Notes under the pieces: generated by a model
Told to the model about the DNA's origin: nothing
The model's database searches: none
Seen by the model: only the letters and a program-made list of their open reading frames with translations
Shown: positions 42,855 through 56,278 of the stretch, piece by piece
Layout of the letters: every line of letters starts with the position of its first letter
How positions within the stretch are numbered: position 1 is the stretch's first letter
Program-made: the position numbers and the translations under genes
Source of the DNA: the human T2T-CHM13v2.0 reference genome, Homo sapiens
NCBI RefSeq assembly: GCF_009914755.1
Contig: NC_060926.1
Strand: one strand, 5' to 3'
Length of the DNA stretch: 64,000 nt

Positions 42855-44003
42855 GTGTGTCACGATATCCTCTATATTCAGCTTACACACCTACTGCAGT
42901 TGGCCAAACTGTGAGGCTAAGGGCACAATCCACCAGACTGCTATGTCAGCCCAAAACTATTGACACCAACTGCAAGTTTGAGGGTATATTAGTTTCCTAG
43001 TGCTGCTGTAACAAAGTACCACAGACTGAGTAGTTAAACAATAGAAATCTATTTTTTATGATTCTGGAGGTTAGAAGTCTAATATCAAGGTCTTGGCAGG
43101 CTTGGTTCCTTCTGAGGGCTGTGAGGAAGAATCTCTTCATGCCTCTGCCTGAGCTTTTAGTGGTTTGCTTGCAATTTTGGCATCCTTGACTTGCAGAAGT
43201 GTCACCCAAATCTCTGGCTTCATCTTCATACGATGTTTACCTGTGTCTGTGTCCAAATTTCCCATTTTTATGAAGATACCAGTCATCTTGGATTAGAGAT
43301 CAAGATGGTCACACCCTACTCTAGTGTGACCTCACCTCAACTGATCACATCTGTGATAACCATGTTTCCAAATAAGGTTACATTCTGAAATACTGGGAGC
43401 CAGTTCCAACTTCAACATATAAAGTTTTGGGGGTACACAATTCAACTGATAATAGAGATGCCCAAAACTATTCTCAAGTTTGATAATTTGCTAGAAAGAC
43501 TCAGAAATCACTGAAAGCTATTGCACTCATGCCTATGTTTATAATAGGGAAAGGATATATTAAAATCAGCCAAGGGAAGACATGTATAGAGTACAGTCTA
43601 GGAGGATTCTGAATGCAAAGCTCAGGACATGCTACTTTCCCTACGTTGATATGTGACAATATGCACGAAGTATTGCCAACTCCAGAAGCTCATGGAAGCT
43701 TCAGTGTTTAGAGTTTCTGTTGGAGCTTCACTACATAAGCATGATTGGTTGATTGTTTGCCCACGCAGTTACACTATGGTTGTCTTTTCTGGAGTGACCA
43801 GCCCCTACTCTAAGGCTATCAGCTGTGGCCAGTCCAGCCCTGAGTTATCTTGTTTGCATAAACAATCAGGTGTGGTCTCAGGAGCTCACCATCAATAACA
43901 AAGATTTTCCTATCACAAAGGAAATGTCAGTAGAGGTTACCTCCCAGGAGCCGGGACAAAGGCCCGACCTCTCTTTTGATAAGGCCAAATTCCTTATTAC
44001 ACA
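42855..44003 (-). mobile_element. MER21-like LTR nested in an L2 (~42600-44720) and split by MLT1C
   Basis: gacaccaactgcaagtttg...tttgataatttgctagaaagactcagaa...gggacaaaggcccgacctctc...attacaca. Confidence 0.65.
42985..43452 (-). mobile_element. MLT1C-like MaLR LTR
   Basis: tattagtttcctagtgctgctgtaacaaagtaccaca...ggttccttctgagggctgtgagg...tttccaaataaggttacattctga. Confidence 0.85.
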
Positions 44004-44751
44004 ACACCCATCCTTCCTTGATTACTGCCTCCATTAAACTCATCTGATTAAACCCTTATCTGGTGAAATCTAACTCCTATTCAATGCCTGTACTCCAGCA
44101 GCTAAGCACTGCTGGAGAAAATACCCAAACAAGGTAGATGGGTCCCACTTTATAACTACACATCTGAAATATGCACTGTACTCTGCCAGACAGTCCTACA
44201 GTTCCCCAGGACAGCCCCTTTTCCTCACTGTACATACACCTGCCCCATCTATACAAGCCTCTCTCAGATGATGAATATCTTACTCTTTATTGAAAATAAT
44301 GGTTATAGTAAGAGCAACTTCATATTTCCTTTGCCAAATCCATCAGCCTTTGAGCTTCTTCACTCTACATCCCATAAAAGAAAATTTCACAATCTTCCAT
44401 TGGGCTCAGACTTAAAACGAAGGTAATCCTTGATTTCTTCATACCTCACATTCAATGTATGAGCAAGTTGTGTCAGTGACACCTTCACAACATATTCTGA
44501 ATCTGACCACTTCTCACCATCTCCACTGTTAAAGCCTTAATGCGGCTCTGTACCTGGAACCAGTGCAGACATTTCTTAAGCAGTTTTTGCTACCATTTTC
44601 TATACCTCTCCAGTATTTTCTCCATGCAGCAGCTAGAGTAATCTTTTCCAAGTGTGAATCATATATAATCACCATCTTGTTGCCAATTACAATAGAATCC
44701 ATTCTCTTTTCATGACCTGTGCACACACTGAGATTATTTCAATCTTGGAGA

Positions 44752-45155
44752 CTGTGGCAAACGATGGCTAGTTAGTTGCTCACTAAACTGTTTGTCTGTT
44801 ACTCCCAGCCACACACATTTCCTTGCTCCCCTCACAGGTGAGTATTTAAGTTGTAGCCAATAGAGTCTGAGCAGAAATGACACACATTATTTCCAGGTCC
44901 GGTCCATAAAACTGTCAAGCTTAAGTTCCTTCTCCCTCTTTCTTTATTTACTACTTGAATGCAGAGGAGGATGAGGACTTAAAGATGATGAATCCACATT
45001 GTGGAAGGAGTCTCAGTCTCTGATTGATCCTGAGGAGCAAGACATCCCTCCCTACACTCCTGAGGCCTGCAATGAACTGCGCTTCAGTCCAGGTGAGACA
45101 TATACTCACATTGTGTTATGCTATTGACATTAGGGGCTGTTTGTTACAACTGTTA
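44752..45155 (+). mobile_element. Old MLT1 (MLT1I/J-like) LTR
   Basis: tgtggca...agccaatagagtctgagcagaaatgacac...ggggctgtttgttaca. Confidence 0.5.
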
Positions 45156-45313
45156 ACAAAGCTCTTGCACTTTCTCCTCCTCTTTTTTGAATTCTCTTTT
45201 CCAAGTTCTTTTTCTGGCTTCTTCCCTCTCAAGGTCTATGGCCCAGCTCAAATGTCCCCTTCCCCTCAAGAGGCTTCCTCTGACATCTTTATCTAAAATA
45301 GTCCCCCACTATG

Positions 45314-48300
45314 ATTTTATTTTATTTAACTCTATTTTAGGTTCAGGGGCACATGTGCAGGTTTGTTACATAGGCAAACCGTGTGTCATGGGGTTGGTGT
45401 ACAGATTATTTTGTCACCCAGGTAATAATCATAGTACCTGATAGGTAGTTTTTTGATCCTCTCCCTCCTCTCACTCTTCACCCTCAAGTAGGGCCTAGTG
45501 TCTGTTGTTCTCTTCTTTGTGTCCATGTGTACTCAGTGTTTAGCTCCCATTTATAAGTGAGAACATGCAGTATTTGGTTTTCTGTTCCTGCATTAGTTTG
45601 CTTAGAATAATGGCCTTCAGCTTGATCCATTGTTGCAGAGGACATGATCTCATTTTTACGGCTGCATAGTATTGCATGTACCATATTTTCTTTTACCAGT
45701 CTACTGTTGATGGGAATATAGGTTGATTCCATGTCTTTGCTATTGGGAATAGTGCTGTGATGAACATATGTGTGCGTGTGTCTTTGGTAGAACAATTTAC
45801 ATTATTTTGGGTATATACCCGATAATGGGATTGCTGAGTCAAATGGTAGTTCTAAGTTTTTTGGGAAATCTCCAAATTGCTTTCCACAGTGGCTGAGCTA
45901 ATTTACATTCCCACCACAGTGTATAAGTATTCCCTTCTTTCTGCAACCTCACCAGCATGTTATTTTTTGATGATTTATAATAGCCATTCTGACTGGTATG
46001 ATATTGTGTCTCATTGTGGTTTTGATTTGCATTTCTCTAATGATTAGAGATGTTGAGCACCTTCTCATATGCTGGTTGCCTGAGTGTATGTCTTCTTTTG
46101 AAAAGTGTCTATTCATGTCCTTTGCCCACTTTGTAATGGGGTTGTTCATTTATTGCTTATTAATTTGCTGAAGTTCCTTAAAGATTCTGGATGTTAGACC
46201 TTTGTTGGATGCATAGTGTGCAAATATTTTCTCCGATTCTGTAGGTTGTCTGTTTACTCTGTTGATGGTTTCTTTTGCTGTGTAGAAGCTCTTTAGTTTA
46301 ATTAAGTCCCATTTGTCAATTTTTGTTTTTGTTGCAATTGCTTTTGGTGTCTTTGTCATGAAATCTTTGCCAAGACCTATATCTAGAATGGTATTTCCTT
46401 GGTTATATTCCAAGATTTTTATAGTTTTAGGTTTTACATTTAAGTCTTTAATCCATATTGAATTGATTTTTGTATATGGTGTAAGGAAGGGATTCATTTT
46501 CAATTTTCTGCTTATGGCAGAATAGAAAACCAAATACTGCATGTTCTCACTTATAAGTAAGAGCTAAATGATGGGAACGCATGGACACAAAGAAGGGAAC
46601 AACAGACAATGGGGCCTTTTTGGGGGTGGAGAGTGGGAGGAGGAAGAGGATCTGAAAAAATAACTATTGGGTACTAGGCTTAGGACCTGGGTGACGAAAT
46701 TATCTGTACAACAAACCCCCATCACATGAGAGTTATATAACAAACCTGCACATGTACTTCTGAACTTAAAATAAAAGTTTAAAAACGAAAAAGAAAAAAA
46801 AGTCTGCATATGGCTAGCCAGTTATCCTAGCACCATTTATTGAATAGGGAATCCTTTCCCCATTGTTTGTTTGTGACAACTCTGTCAGAGATCAGATGGT
46901 TGTAGGTGTGCAGCATTATTTCTGGGCTCTCTCTTCTATTCCCTTGGTCTATGTATCCATTTTTGTACCAGTACCATGCTGTTTTGGTTACACTAGCCTC
47001 GTAAGGGTAATGTGATGCCTTCAGCTTTGTTCTTTTTGCTTAGGATTGTCATGGCTATTTGAGCTCCTTTTCAGTTTCATATTAATTTTAAAACAATTTT
47101 TTTCTAATTCTGTGAAAAGCCTCCCACTATTACTGTGTGGCTGTCTCTTCATAGGTCTCTAAGAACTTGCTTTATGAATCTGGATCTCCTGTGTTGGGTG
47201 CATGTATATTTAGGATAGTTAGGTCTTCTTGTTGAATTGAACTTGTTGCCATTATGTAATGCCCTTATCTTTTTTGATCATTGTTGGTTTAAAGTCGGCT
47301 TTGTCTGAAGTTAGAATAGCAATCCTTGCTTTTTTCTGTTTCCATTTGCTTGGTAGATTTTTCTCCATCCCTTTACTTTGAGCCTGTAGGTGTGATTGCA
47401 TGTGAGATGGGTCTCTTGAAGACAGTATATGGTTAGGTCTTGCTCCTTTATCCAGCTTGACACTCTGTTCCTCTTAAATGAGGCATTTAGCCCATTTACA
47501 TTCAAAGTTAATATTGATATGTATGAATTTGATTCTGTCATGTTTTTAGCTTGTTATTGTGTAGACTTGATTGTGTAGTTGCTTTATAGAGTCAGTGGTC
47601 TAGGTACTTAAGTGTGTTTTTGTGGTAGCTGATTACAGTCTTTCCTTCCCATATTTAGCACTCCCTTAAGGACTTCTTCGAAGGCAAATCTGATAGTAAT
47701 AAATTTCTTTAGTATTTGCTTGTCGGAAAAGAATCTTATTTCTCCTTTGCTTATGAAGCTTAGTTTGGCTGGATATGAAATTCTTCATTGGAATCTCTTT
47801 TCTTTAAGAATACTGAATATAGACCTCCAATCTCTTCTGGCTTATAGGGTTTCTGCTGAAAGGTCCACTGTTAGCCTGATGGGGTTCTTTTTGCAGGTGA
47901 CTTGCTTCTTCTCTCTAGCTGCCTTTAACATTTTTTCTTTCATTTGACCTTGAACAATCTGATGATTATGTGTCTTGTGGACTATTATCTTGTGTAATAT
48001 CTCATAAGGATGCTCTGCATTTCCTGAATTTAAATGTTGTACTCTCTAGCAAGGTTGAGGAAATATTAGTGGATGATATCCTCAAATACGTTTTCCAAGT
48101 TGCTTGCTTTCTTTCCCTGTCTTTTAGGAATGCCAGTGAGTCATAGACTTGGTCTCTTTACATAATCCCATAGTTCTCAGAGGTTTTGTTTATTCTTCTC
48201 TATTGTTTTTTCTTTATTTTTGCCTGACTATTTTGGAGAACCAGTCTTTGAGCTCTGAGATTATTTCCTCAGCTTGGTTGATTATTCTGTTAATATTTGT

Positions 48301-49250
48301 GATTGTATTATGAAAGTCTTGAAGTGAGTTTTTCAGCTCTGTTAGATGTTTGGTTCTTTCTTAAATTTACCATTTCATCTTTTATCTCCTGTATCATTTT
48401 ATTGTATTCTTTAGATTCTGTGGATTGGTTTTTGGCTTTTTCCTCAATGTCAATGATCTTCGTTTTTATACATTTTCTGAATTCTATTTCTTCATTTCAG
48501 ACATTGCGGCCTGCTTAGGAACCATTGCTGGGGAACTAGTGTGGTCACTGTGAGGTAAGAAGACACTCTGGGTTTTGCATTGCCAGAGTTGTTGTGCTGG
48601 TTCTTTCTCATCTGTGTAGGCTGATATTCCTTCAATCTTTTAAGTTGCTACCCTTTGAATGGATTTTTTTGCTTTTGTGTTTGATGTCCTTGGGGGCTTG
48701 GAGTATAAGGTGGGTTCAGTCAATGGGGCTTTTTTTCTGAAAGATCGTAGGGGGCTGTAGCTCAGCTCAGCACTCCTGATCTGCATGCTGTCACTCTGGG
48801 GGGCTGGTACCAGACCCCCGGCTTTGTTCTCTGGCTCCTCAAGGTAAGGAACCTGCAACACTGGTGGGGCCAAGGTGTTCCTGGTCTGTTGATCACAGCA
48901 CTCTGACAGGTGGTGCCAGCCAAAGCAGTTTGTCCAGTTAGTGGCAGTGGGATTCATGTTTGCTTACATGTTCCAGCAGCTGTGGCAGCATGGCAGGGTA
49001 CACATGCATTGGCTAGAGGGGTACTGGCAAGAGCAGGGCTGCAGTGTTCCTGTATGCACTTGTGCTGGGGCATGGCACAGGTGGGGTTGGGGTGGTTGTG
49101 GTGTTCACGTTTGCACTCATGCTGGTAGTGATGGGGGCAGAGTGCTGGCACATACAAGACTGCTGGCCTCCATGCATATGTTTGCACCAGCGGCTGTAGT
49201 GGAGTGGCAGCGGATGGTGTTGCCAGTGTTTGTGTATGCATTTATGCCAG
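45314..49250 (-). mobile_element. L1PA15/16-like LINE-1 with large internal ORF2 deletion, inserted in an L2a 3' end
   Basis: 3'UTR ttaggttcaggggcacatgtgcaggtttgttaca; ORF2 C-terminal ORFs (45949-46542); ORF2 N-terminus MTESNSYISILTLNVNGLN at 47541; ORF1 and 5'UTR remnants to ~49250; L2 sequence on both flanks. Confidence 0.88.
46519..46802 (+). mobile_element. L1PA13-like 3' fragment nested antisense in the older L1
   Basis: aaataactattgggtactaggcttag...tctgtacaacaaacccc; TSD tctgc(t/a)tatggc at 46507-46518 and 46803-46814. Confidence 0.85.
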
Positions 49251-50789
49251 AAGTACCCACCATTGTTTTATCCAATTGTCTATCTAAGCTCTTCAAAAAC
49301 ACTTACCATTATCTGAAATGATAAATATAAATTTCTATTCATTTATTTATTTGTTCATGGTACATACATGGCTGTCTCCCCCACTAGAGTGTAAGTTCTA
49401 TCAGGGTGTAAATCTTGCCTGTCTTGTTTGTCACTATATTCCCAGCTCTTGGAAAAGTACCAGGCATGTAGAAGACACTCAACAAACACCTATTTTAAAT
49501 TGAAAATTACATTTTAAAAGGCTCCAAAGAGATTTAGAATGACAGCATAAGTTCCCAATATGATATTATTTTTTATCTGAAGGAAAGATTTGCTTTCATA
49601 GCCTTGTCTTACAAATAAGGAGGGAGTAGAAAGGCCAGTTCTAGGAAAAGAAGTGGAAATTCTATGGCTTTAAGGCATTGAATACCTGGCTTCTTACCAT
49701 TAGACCTTTAGGTGGCAGCCAAAAGTATTTATGCTGAGTCCCACCTTTCCTATTTTTGAGTACATTTTCACTATTGAGACATACAGTTATGATGTCAGGG
49801 ACCTTGTTCAACACAATGCAGATGAATAGGAGGAAGAAAGGAGAAAATGAAGAAATAGAAACCATTGAGGAAAAAGGTCTCTAACTCCAACTCAATCTCT
49901 ATGTCTAGCCTAGTAGAAGGTAATCTCATTGCGTTTCCTGAACCGTAGCAATAGGCTCCAGATGTTACACTGGTCCCATTCCCTAACTTTTTTCCTATTC
50001 AAACATCCAGAAAAATGTTTCCAAAGCCCAAATCTGGTTACAACATTTCAGTGGCTTCTTATTGTTCAAGGCCTTGTATGGTCCACTCAGGTCTACCTCT
50101 TTAATTTATTTCTGCTGGACTTCCACAGGACACTGCTCTAGCCACCTCTCTCGGTGGGACTCACTAGAATCCAGGAAACCAGGGACTGTGTTCATTTTTA
50201 TTTACTATTCTATCTTTAGTGCCAAGCACAGTGCCAACAAATAACTATGTTCAATAAATATCTGTTTGAATGAATGGATGAGTAAAAGAATGAATGACGT
50301 TCAGGTTGTGTCTCAACTGATAGTAAGAGAAAGGCTAAGGCTGTTAGAGACATGAAAGTCAGAACAAGTAAATGGATTCTATTGCACAAGTGAAATAGAA
50401 ATTTCAGTCATCACGTCAGCTGTGGCCAGTCAGTAGTGGTGGGAGGCAGTAAGCTAGATATTCAGGTCCCTGCTGTAAAGGTATTCAACCTCTTGCTTGT
50501 AAACTGCTTGTAGTCATTAAAGCCCATAGGTAGTGTGATTGTCTCGGGGCCAGGGATACTTACTCACAGGAGATTCCTGGAAACCTTAATGACCAAACTG
50601 AATCACCTGCATTGTAGCCTCTGGTCGCCATGGTACAGGCCAACTGAGTGATCATTAACATTGACTGATTTTTTTATCTAAATCTTTTGTACTAGTTTTT
50701 CAAGCCACAGCTTCCTGCTTGTCACATTCACATAATAACATTTATGTTCTGTGGGGGGAAAAACAGAAGGAGAGATTCTTATACTGGGA

Positions 50790-51590
50790 GTGTTTTATAA
50801 CAGACATCAACTGACAAACATGAAAGACAACCAGGTTGAAGATAATAATGTATAAGGAGGCCATACACATTGATATGTAAAACAATGAGATCTCCAATAG
50901 AAAAGTGGAAAACGCATTCATCAAAGAGGAAATCAAACTAATACACATAAAAACATGTTCAACCTCTTTAAGAATCAAAGACAATAGAAAATAAAAAAAG
51001 ATACTATTGACAATAATGTTTAAAGATTTAAAAATATGTTGTCAGCAAGACTGCATGTAAGAGACACTTTGATAGAGTGCTTATGAAGGGGCGAATTGCT
51101 CAAACTTTTTTTAATGGCAAAGCATCTTGGTAATATATAACAGGGCACAGATAATATTTTATACTCTTTGTAAATCATCATCTGAAAATCAATCCAAAAG
51201 ATGTTTGACACAGTGTTATTTACATTGAAAAATAAAACCTCATGAAAATATACCTTAAATATCTAATAACAGAGGAGAAGTTTCACAAATATGATGCAGT
51301 CATAAAACATTTATGAAGAATTTTAATAGAGAAAATGCTCATAAGGATATTTAGTAAACTGATCATAGTTTAAAGCTGTATGAAAATTAGATGTCAAGTA
51401 TAAAAGAATATTTGCATACAATAAAAAACTATATAAAATGTCTTTATGTCTAGACATAAAGAAAATAAAAACCAGCCTACTCTCACAATTCTGGGTACCC
51501 ATGTAAGACAGCACAGTATGATTCTTTATATTGATTATGTATTTCCAAGATATCTACACTAATCATATATGTTTAGAATATTATTTTAAA
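50790..51590 (+). mobile_element. Very old L1ME-type 3' fragment
   Basis: aaacatgttcaacctctttaagaatcaaag, atggcaaagcatcttggtaatatata; A-rich sense strand. Confidence 0.5.
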
Positions 51591-51599
51591 AAGTTATTG

Positions 51600-51830
51600 A
51601 AAACACAGTGGTTTTCAGGTCAGCTGGAGCTGGATTCTGATCATGACTCTTCCACTTCATATCGTGATATTGACTAAAATGGTCAGAATCTATGGGTTTC
51701 AGTTTTCTCATGTGCACAGTGAGTACAATAATGTACATTACAGAAGAAGGCTTGTAAGATCAAATGACATAAAACTCATAAAGTGCTTAGTATAGTACAT
51801 GATAGAGTAGGCTTTAATGAATTTTAGTTT
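51600..51830 (+). mobile_element. MIR SINE
   Basis: tttcagttttctcatgtgcacagtgagtacaataat...ttgtaagatcaaatgac...taaagtgcttag. Confidence 0.7.
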
Positions 51831-52655
51831 CTTATCTTAGAATCACATAATTTGAGGAATCCAAAATGCTTGAGCACATTTTATCTCACGTTTATGTGAG
51901 TCAGATAGGAGAGCTGTTAATGGTGAGAGAGGCTCATCTCAGCTGCATAGCTCCTGAGCAGCAAACCTGTACTTGAATCCAAACCTCTTGATTTTGCACC
52001 CCTGTTCTGTGTTCTTTGTGCTAAGCCTCCTTGTTTCCCAGGGGAACAGAGTTCAGCTTTGAATTACTCCCGTTTTTTGTTTGTTTTGATGTTTTTTATG
52101 CCATTTATCTTTGCAAAGTGAAGCAAATTTTCTAGAGTGATTGTTGATGTTGAAGCGAAGGAAATTACATTCTGAGAGAAGAATTTAAATGACAAATACT
52201 GCTGGATATCAGTTGAGGGTCACTGAGTGCAGAAAAGTGACAGGACAAATCAAAGGAAGTTGGGTTAACCTATCTGGAAACTTAAGCTTTACCTTGTAGC
52301 AAAGCAAAAAGGGCTGTGCTTGGGAAAGAGGATATTAACATATTCACCACTAGACAGCCTTCTAACTGGCATCTTCTTCTTGCCTCCCTTCTGGCGGGTC
52401 CAGATTTCATACTATAAGCAGGATAAGCTTTATAAAATCTGTCTCTGCTTGAAGCCCCTTCTAGACCTCTTGGGATTGCACCTAATTAAATGGGCTCTGT
52501 GAAATCCCTTGACCTTCTGTAAAGTCCTTCAATACTCTATCCTATGTGCCTCCACAGTCTATGGTTTAAGTTTCTGTTACTATATCATAATTACCCATCG
52601 ACTTGTCTGTCTCCTATATGGAACTGCAAACTTCTTGAGGACAAGAGCCATCTCT

Positions 52656-52948
52656 CTTTATTTTTATTTTTTAAGTTTTTTTTTGAGACAGGATCTTTCT
52701 CTGTTGCCCAGGCAGGAATGCAGTGGCATGATCATAGCTCACTGTAACCTCAAACTTCTGGGCTCAAGCAATGCTCTCCACATAGCCTTTTGAGTAGCTG
52801 GGACTACAGTCATGTGCCACCTCACCCAGCTAATTTTTTATTTTTGTAGAGATAGGAATCTTGCAATGTTGTCCAGTCTGGTATTGAACTCTTGACCTCA
52901 GCTTCCCAAAGTGCTGCCATTATAGGTGTGGTCCACTATGCCTAACAG
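52656..52948 (-). mobile_element. AluJ within an L2 3' end
   Basis: atcatagctcactgtaacctcaaacttctgggctcaagcaat; TSD gagccatct. Confidence 0.85.
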
Positions 52949-54162
52949 GAGCCATCTTTTATATAGGTTGGAAGGTCCAGCATTCAGGGTACATAGGTTC
53001 TCAGTAAATGTTTCTTGATTGATTATCTGTACAAACATTGTCTAATCTAATCTTTTTCTTTTATTTTCTTTTTCTTTCTCTACTCCCAACCTCTCTTTTT
53101 ATGTTCTGTCTTCATTAAGGCCATTAGTAATGTTGTTAGTGCTTGAATTTCCATGTGTTTGAATTTCACACATCTCAGGTCACACTTTGAAATGCATTTC
53201 TGGTATCTGTAATGAAGCCTGAAGCCCTGCTAAAAATGACAATAGTTATATAAATAGATTTTGATTGAAATTTTTATTAATAATTTTTTTCTTTGGGAGA
53301 TAAAAGCGAGCATTTGGGCTTTATCAAAGACAATATAAATTGAAAATTGAAAAGTTCAAGTCTTTTGCATGAAAAATAGGCTTTATGCAACCAAAACCTA
53401 AACAAATCAAAAAGTTAATCCAGCTTTTTTGAAAATGACAGCCTCAGTCAAGCTGATTTATAGAGCTTCCAAGAGGTTTTTGTGGCTCTTTCTCTCTCCT
53501 TCCCTGTCCTCCATACTATTCATTTATGAGAGAAAATATATGCTGAGAAAATATAACTATCTACAGTGGCATGAATGAGGGGCTGTCATTCTCTAAATGA
53601 TCATGTCTCAGAACCTGTGAAAGAAAGTCCATGACATAGTTTGTGCAGTATGCATCTGTGCATGTGAGTGAGAAAAATTGCTGTAAATTAATGTGGCATG
53701 AATAAATATCTCACATCTTTTTCTTCTTCTGAAAAACTTTCCCTGACCTTCCCATCTGGGTTAGGAAACCTTCCTCTTAGTTCCTTTAACATCTTCCTTA
53801 CCCTGTAATTATCTAACTGAGCACAGTGAACATGCTAAGAAGTAAATGAGATTGTACAGTGGAGATTTCTGTGTGTATATATATGTATATGTGTGTGTTC
53901 TGTATGTATGCAATTGTTTATTTAGCAAACACATATAAAGCACTTACTATATGCAAGACATGCTTCTAAATGCTTTACATATCTACGCATTCAGAACTTT
54001 ACAATTTACCGAAGCACCTTTGAGACATTGGATCATTGCTTCCTTATTTTAACTTTAGTGAGCAGATGGATAGAAATGATCTCCATATCACAGCTAAGAG
54101 AACACATGCAGAGAGGTTCATCTACTTACCCACAATTACACGGGGGGGCGGGGGTGTCAAAA

Positions 54163-54350
54163 TAAGGTTTCTAAATTTAGCAAATAAATAAAAATACAGA
54201 GCACCAAGTTAGATTTGAATTTCAGATAAACATCAGATGTGTGTTAGTATATGTATACCCCAAATATGGCATGAAACATACTATAAAATATTTATTGGTT
54301 CTCTGAGATTCAATTTAACTGGGTGTCCTGTAGTTTATCTGGCAATCCTA
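54163..54350. mobile_element. MER53 palindromic hAT MITE
   Basis: atttagcaaata...agttagatttgaatttcagataaac / ctgagattcaatttaactgggtgtcctgtagtttatctggcaatccta. Confidence 0.85.
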
Positions 54351-56029
54351 GTTTTAGATGAATCACTTGCTCTTCACAAGGTTAGATTAATTGTAAGACT
54401 ATATAATTGACCAGATTGTGCAAAAAACATGCCCACGTTGATTTCTCCAATAACCACCGTCTGCCAGTATTGGTCTTTCTCTCAGAGAAGAGGCATTAGC
54501 TTCCCTGAAAATATCACTAATTATTTTAAGGGGCAAGACAAATGAAGCCTTTAAGGCTAGTTAGCCACTGGCCTTCTTGTTAAACTGTCAATGAAGGAGG
54601 CGGCAGAAGATGCTAGAGATTTTGTAATTTTAAACGATGTCAGGGAGCAAATCTGGGCAGGCTGTCCCTGAAATCACTCCCTGCAGTAGAATTCCAGGCT
54701 TGTAACTGTATAATCTGAGAGTAAATAGAAGTGTTTGTCTTTATCATGGTTTTTGCCTCTTTCACACTCAGTAAGGCTGAAAAAATGTTGGTGTCCTTAG
54801 CACCAGGCGAAGAATGGGATGTCCACTCTCTGCCCACCAAGGCCAAAGCAGATTCATTTTCATTTGGTGGCCACTGATGTTGAAGTGGTATGAAATCTTT
54901 ACTTGGAATGACTCCTCCCTTTATCTCTCCTTCGTCAGTCACCCTCAAATAATTATTTATGGCCTACATACCTCTGCCACAGCTATTAAAATGGAAGGAC
55001 AAAGGCTACACCTGTGAATTGCTCCAGCAAGCCATTTGAAAGGGATTCGTTGGAGCAAATTACTTTGTTCAGTGTTTGATTGCTGTGGTGCCAGTTGTTT
55101 TTTGGACCAGTACAAAGGGTCTTAAATTGCTGTGTGTGTCTGTTTTTAAAGGCTGAGGAGGAGGTGCAGAGATAAATAGCATGTGAGAAGTTTGGGATTC
55201 TTTTCTTCATGCCTTGCTTTTTGTCCAGAAATATTTATATTCAAATGTGAGGCCTGGCTTTTGTAGATGAATGCCAACATCATAAACTCAGGATGTTAAT
55301 TTTCATTTCTGCAGGGATTGGAAATGATTCATAGTTTTCAGGAGTTAGAGACACCAAAGCATTTTCCATTAACACCTGGAGCTGACTGCCGAGGTGAAAG
55401 GCAGGTCTCGTAGGAAGAAAGATGTTCTCTAGGGAAAAGAAAATGTCACTTTTGTGGGTTTTTTCTGTCTTTTGTTTGTTTGTGAAGATAAGAATTTTTT
55501 TTCCTTGAGAAATAATTCTTACCTTGTTGAAAAATGTCACTGCAAAAATCTGTTTGAAGAAAATAGTGAATCATCCTTCTGTTTCTTTTTTTTTCTGTGT
55601 TCATGAAATATCACTTAAGCATGTGATGAAAATTAAGGGAAAATGCGCCATTTCACCCGGTTTTATAAATGACAGGATTCTTTATACTCCTCAATTCGGT
55701 GAGAGTAACAAAGGAACATTTCCCTTGACTAGCTGATTAAATAAATGTCTATTTATTTTCGAGGAGAAGTCAAGACACAAATAGGAAGGGGGTGGGAAAT
55801 GTGGCAAAATAAACAGGCACGTAAAGTCTAATCATTTCTCTGGGTAACAATTGTGTTTTGGTAGCTGGGAGGCTCAAGAGGATCAAGAGGGCAAAATTTC
55901 TTCTTTGAGTGGCACAGGTCTTGGCTTTCTTGCTTTTGTCCCTTTTGACTGCTAACTCAAAACAATTTCAGAGAGCTCTGATAATTATTAACTGCATAAT
56001 GATGATGAATATATTGAAAAAGTAATAAT

Positions 56030-56260
56030 ACTACTAATGATAGCTATCCTTAATTAATCACTAACTATGGTAAAGACACTATGCTAAGTGCTTTTTATAC
56101 TTTATCTCATTTTTAGTTCTCTAAAATTCTATCATGGGGATGATATTATGGTCACATTTCACTGTTGAGGAAGTGAGGTGTAAAGAAGTTAAGTAACTCA
56201 TGTGGCATTCCACAGTTATGTAGCACAGCTATCCTTTGAACCCAGACACTCTGACTTCAA
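56030..56260 (-). mobile_element. MIR SINE
   Basis: cactatgctaagtgcttt...gaggaagtgagg...gaagttaagtaact...tttgaacccagacactctgac. Confidence 0.7.
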
Positions 56261-56278
56261 AATACACCCCCCCAAATA

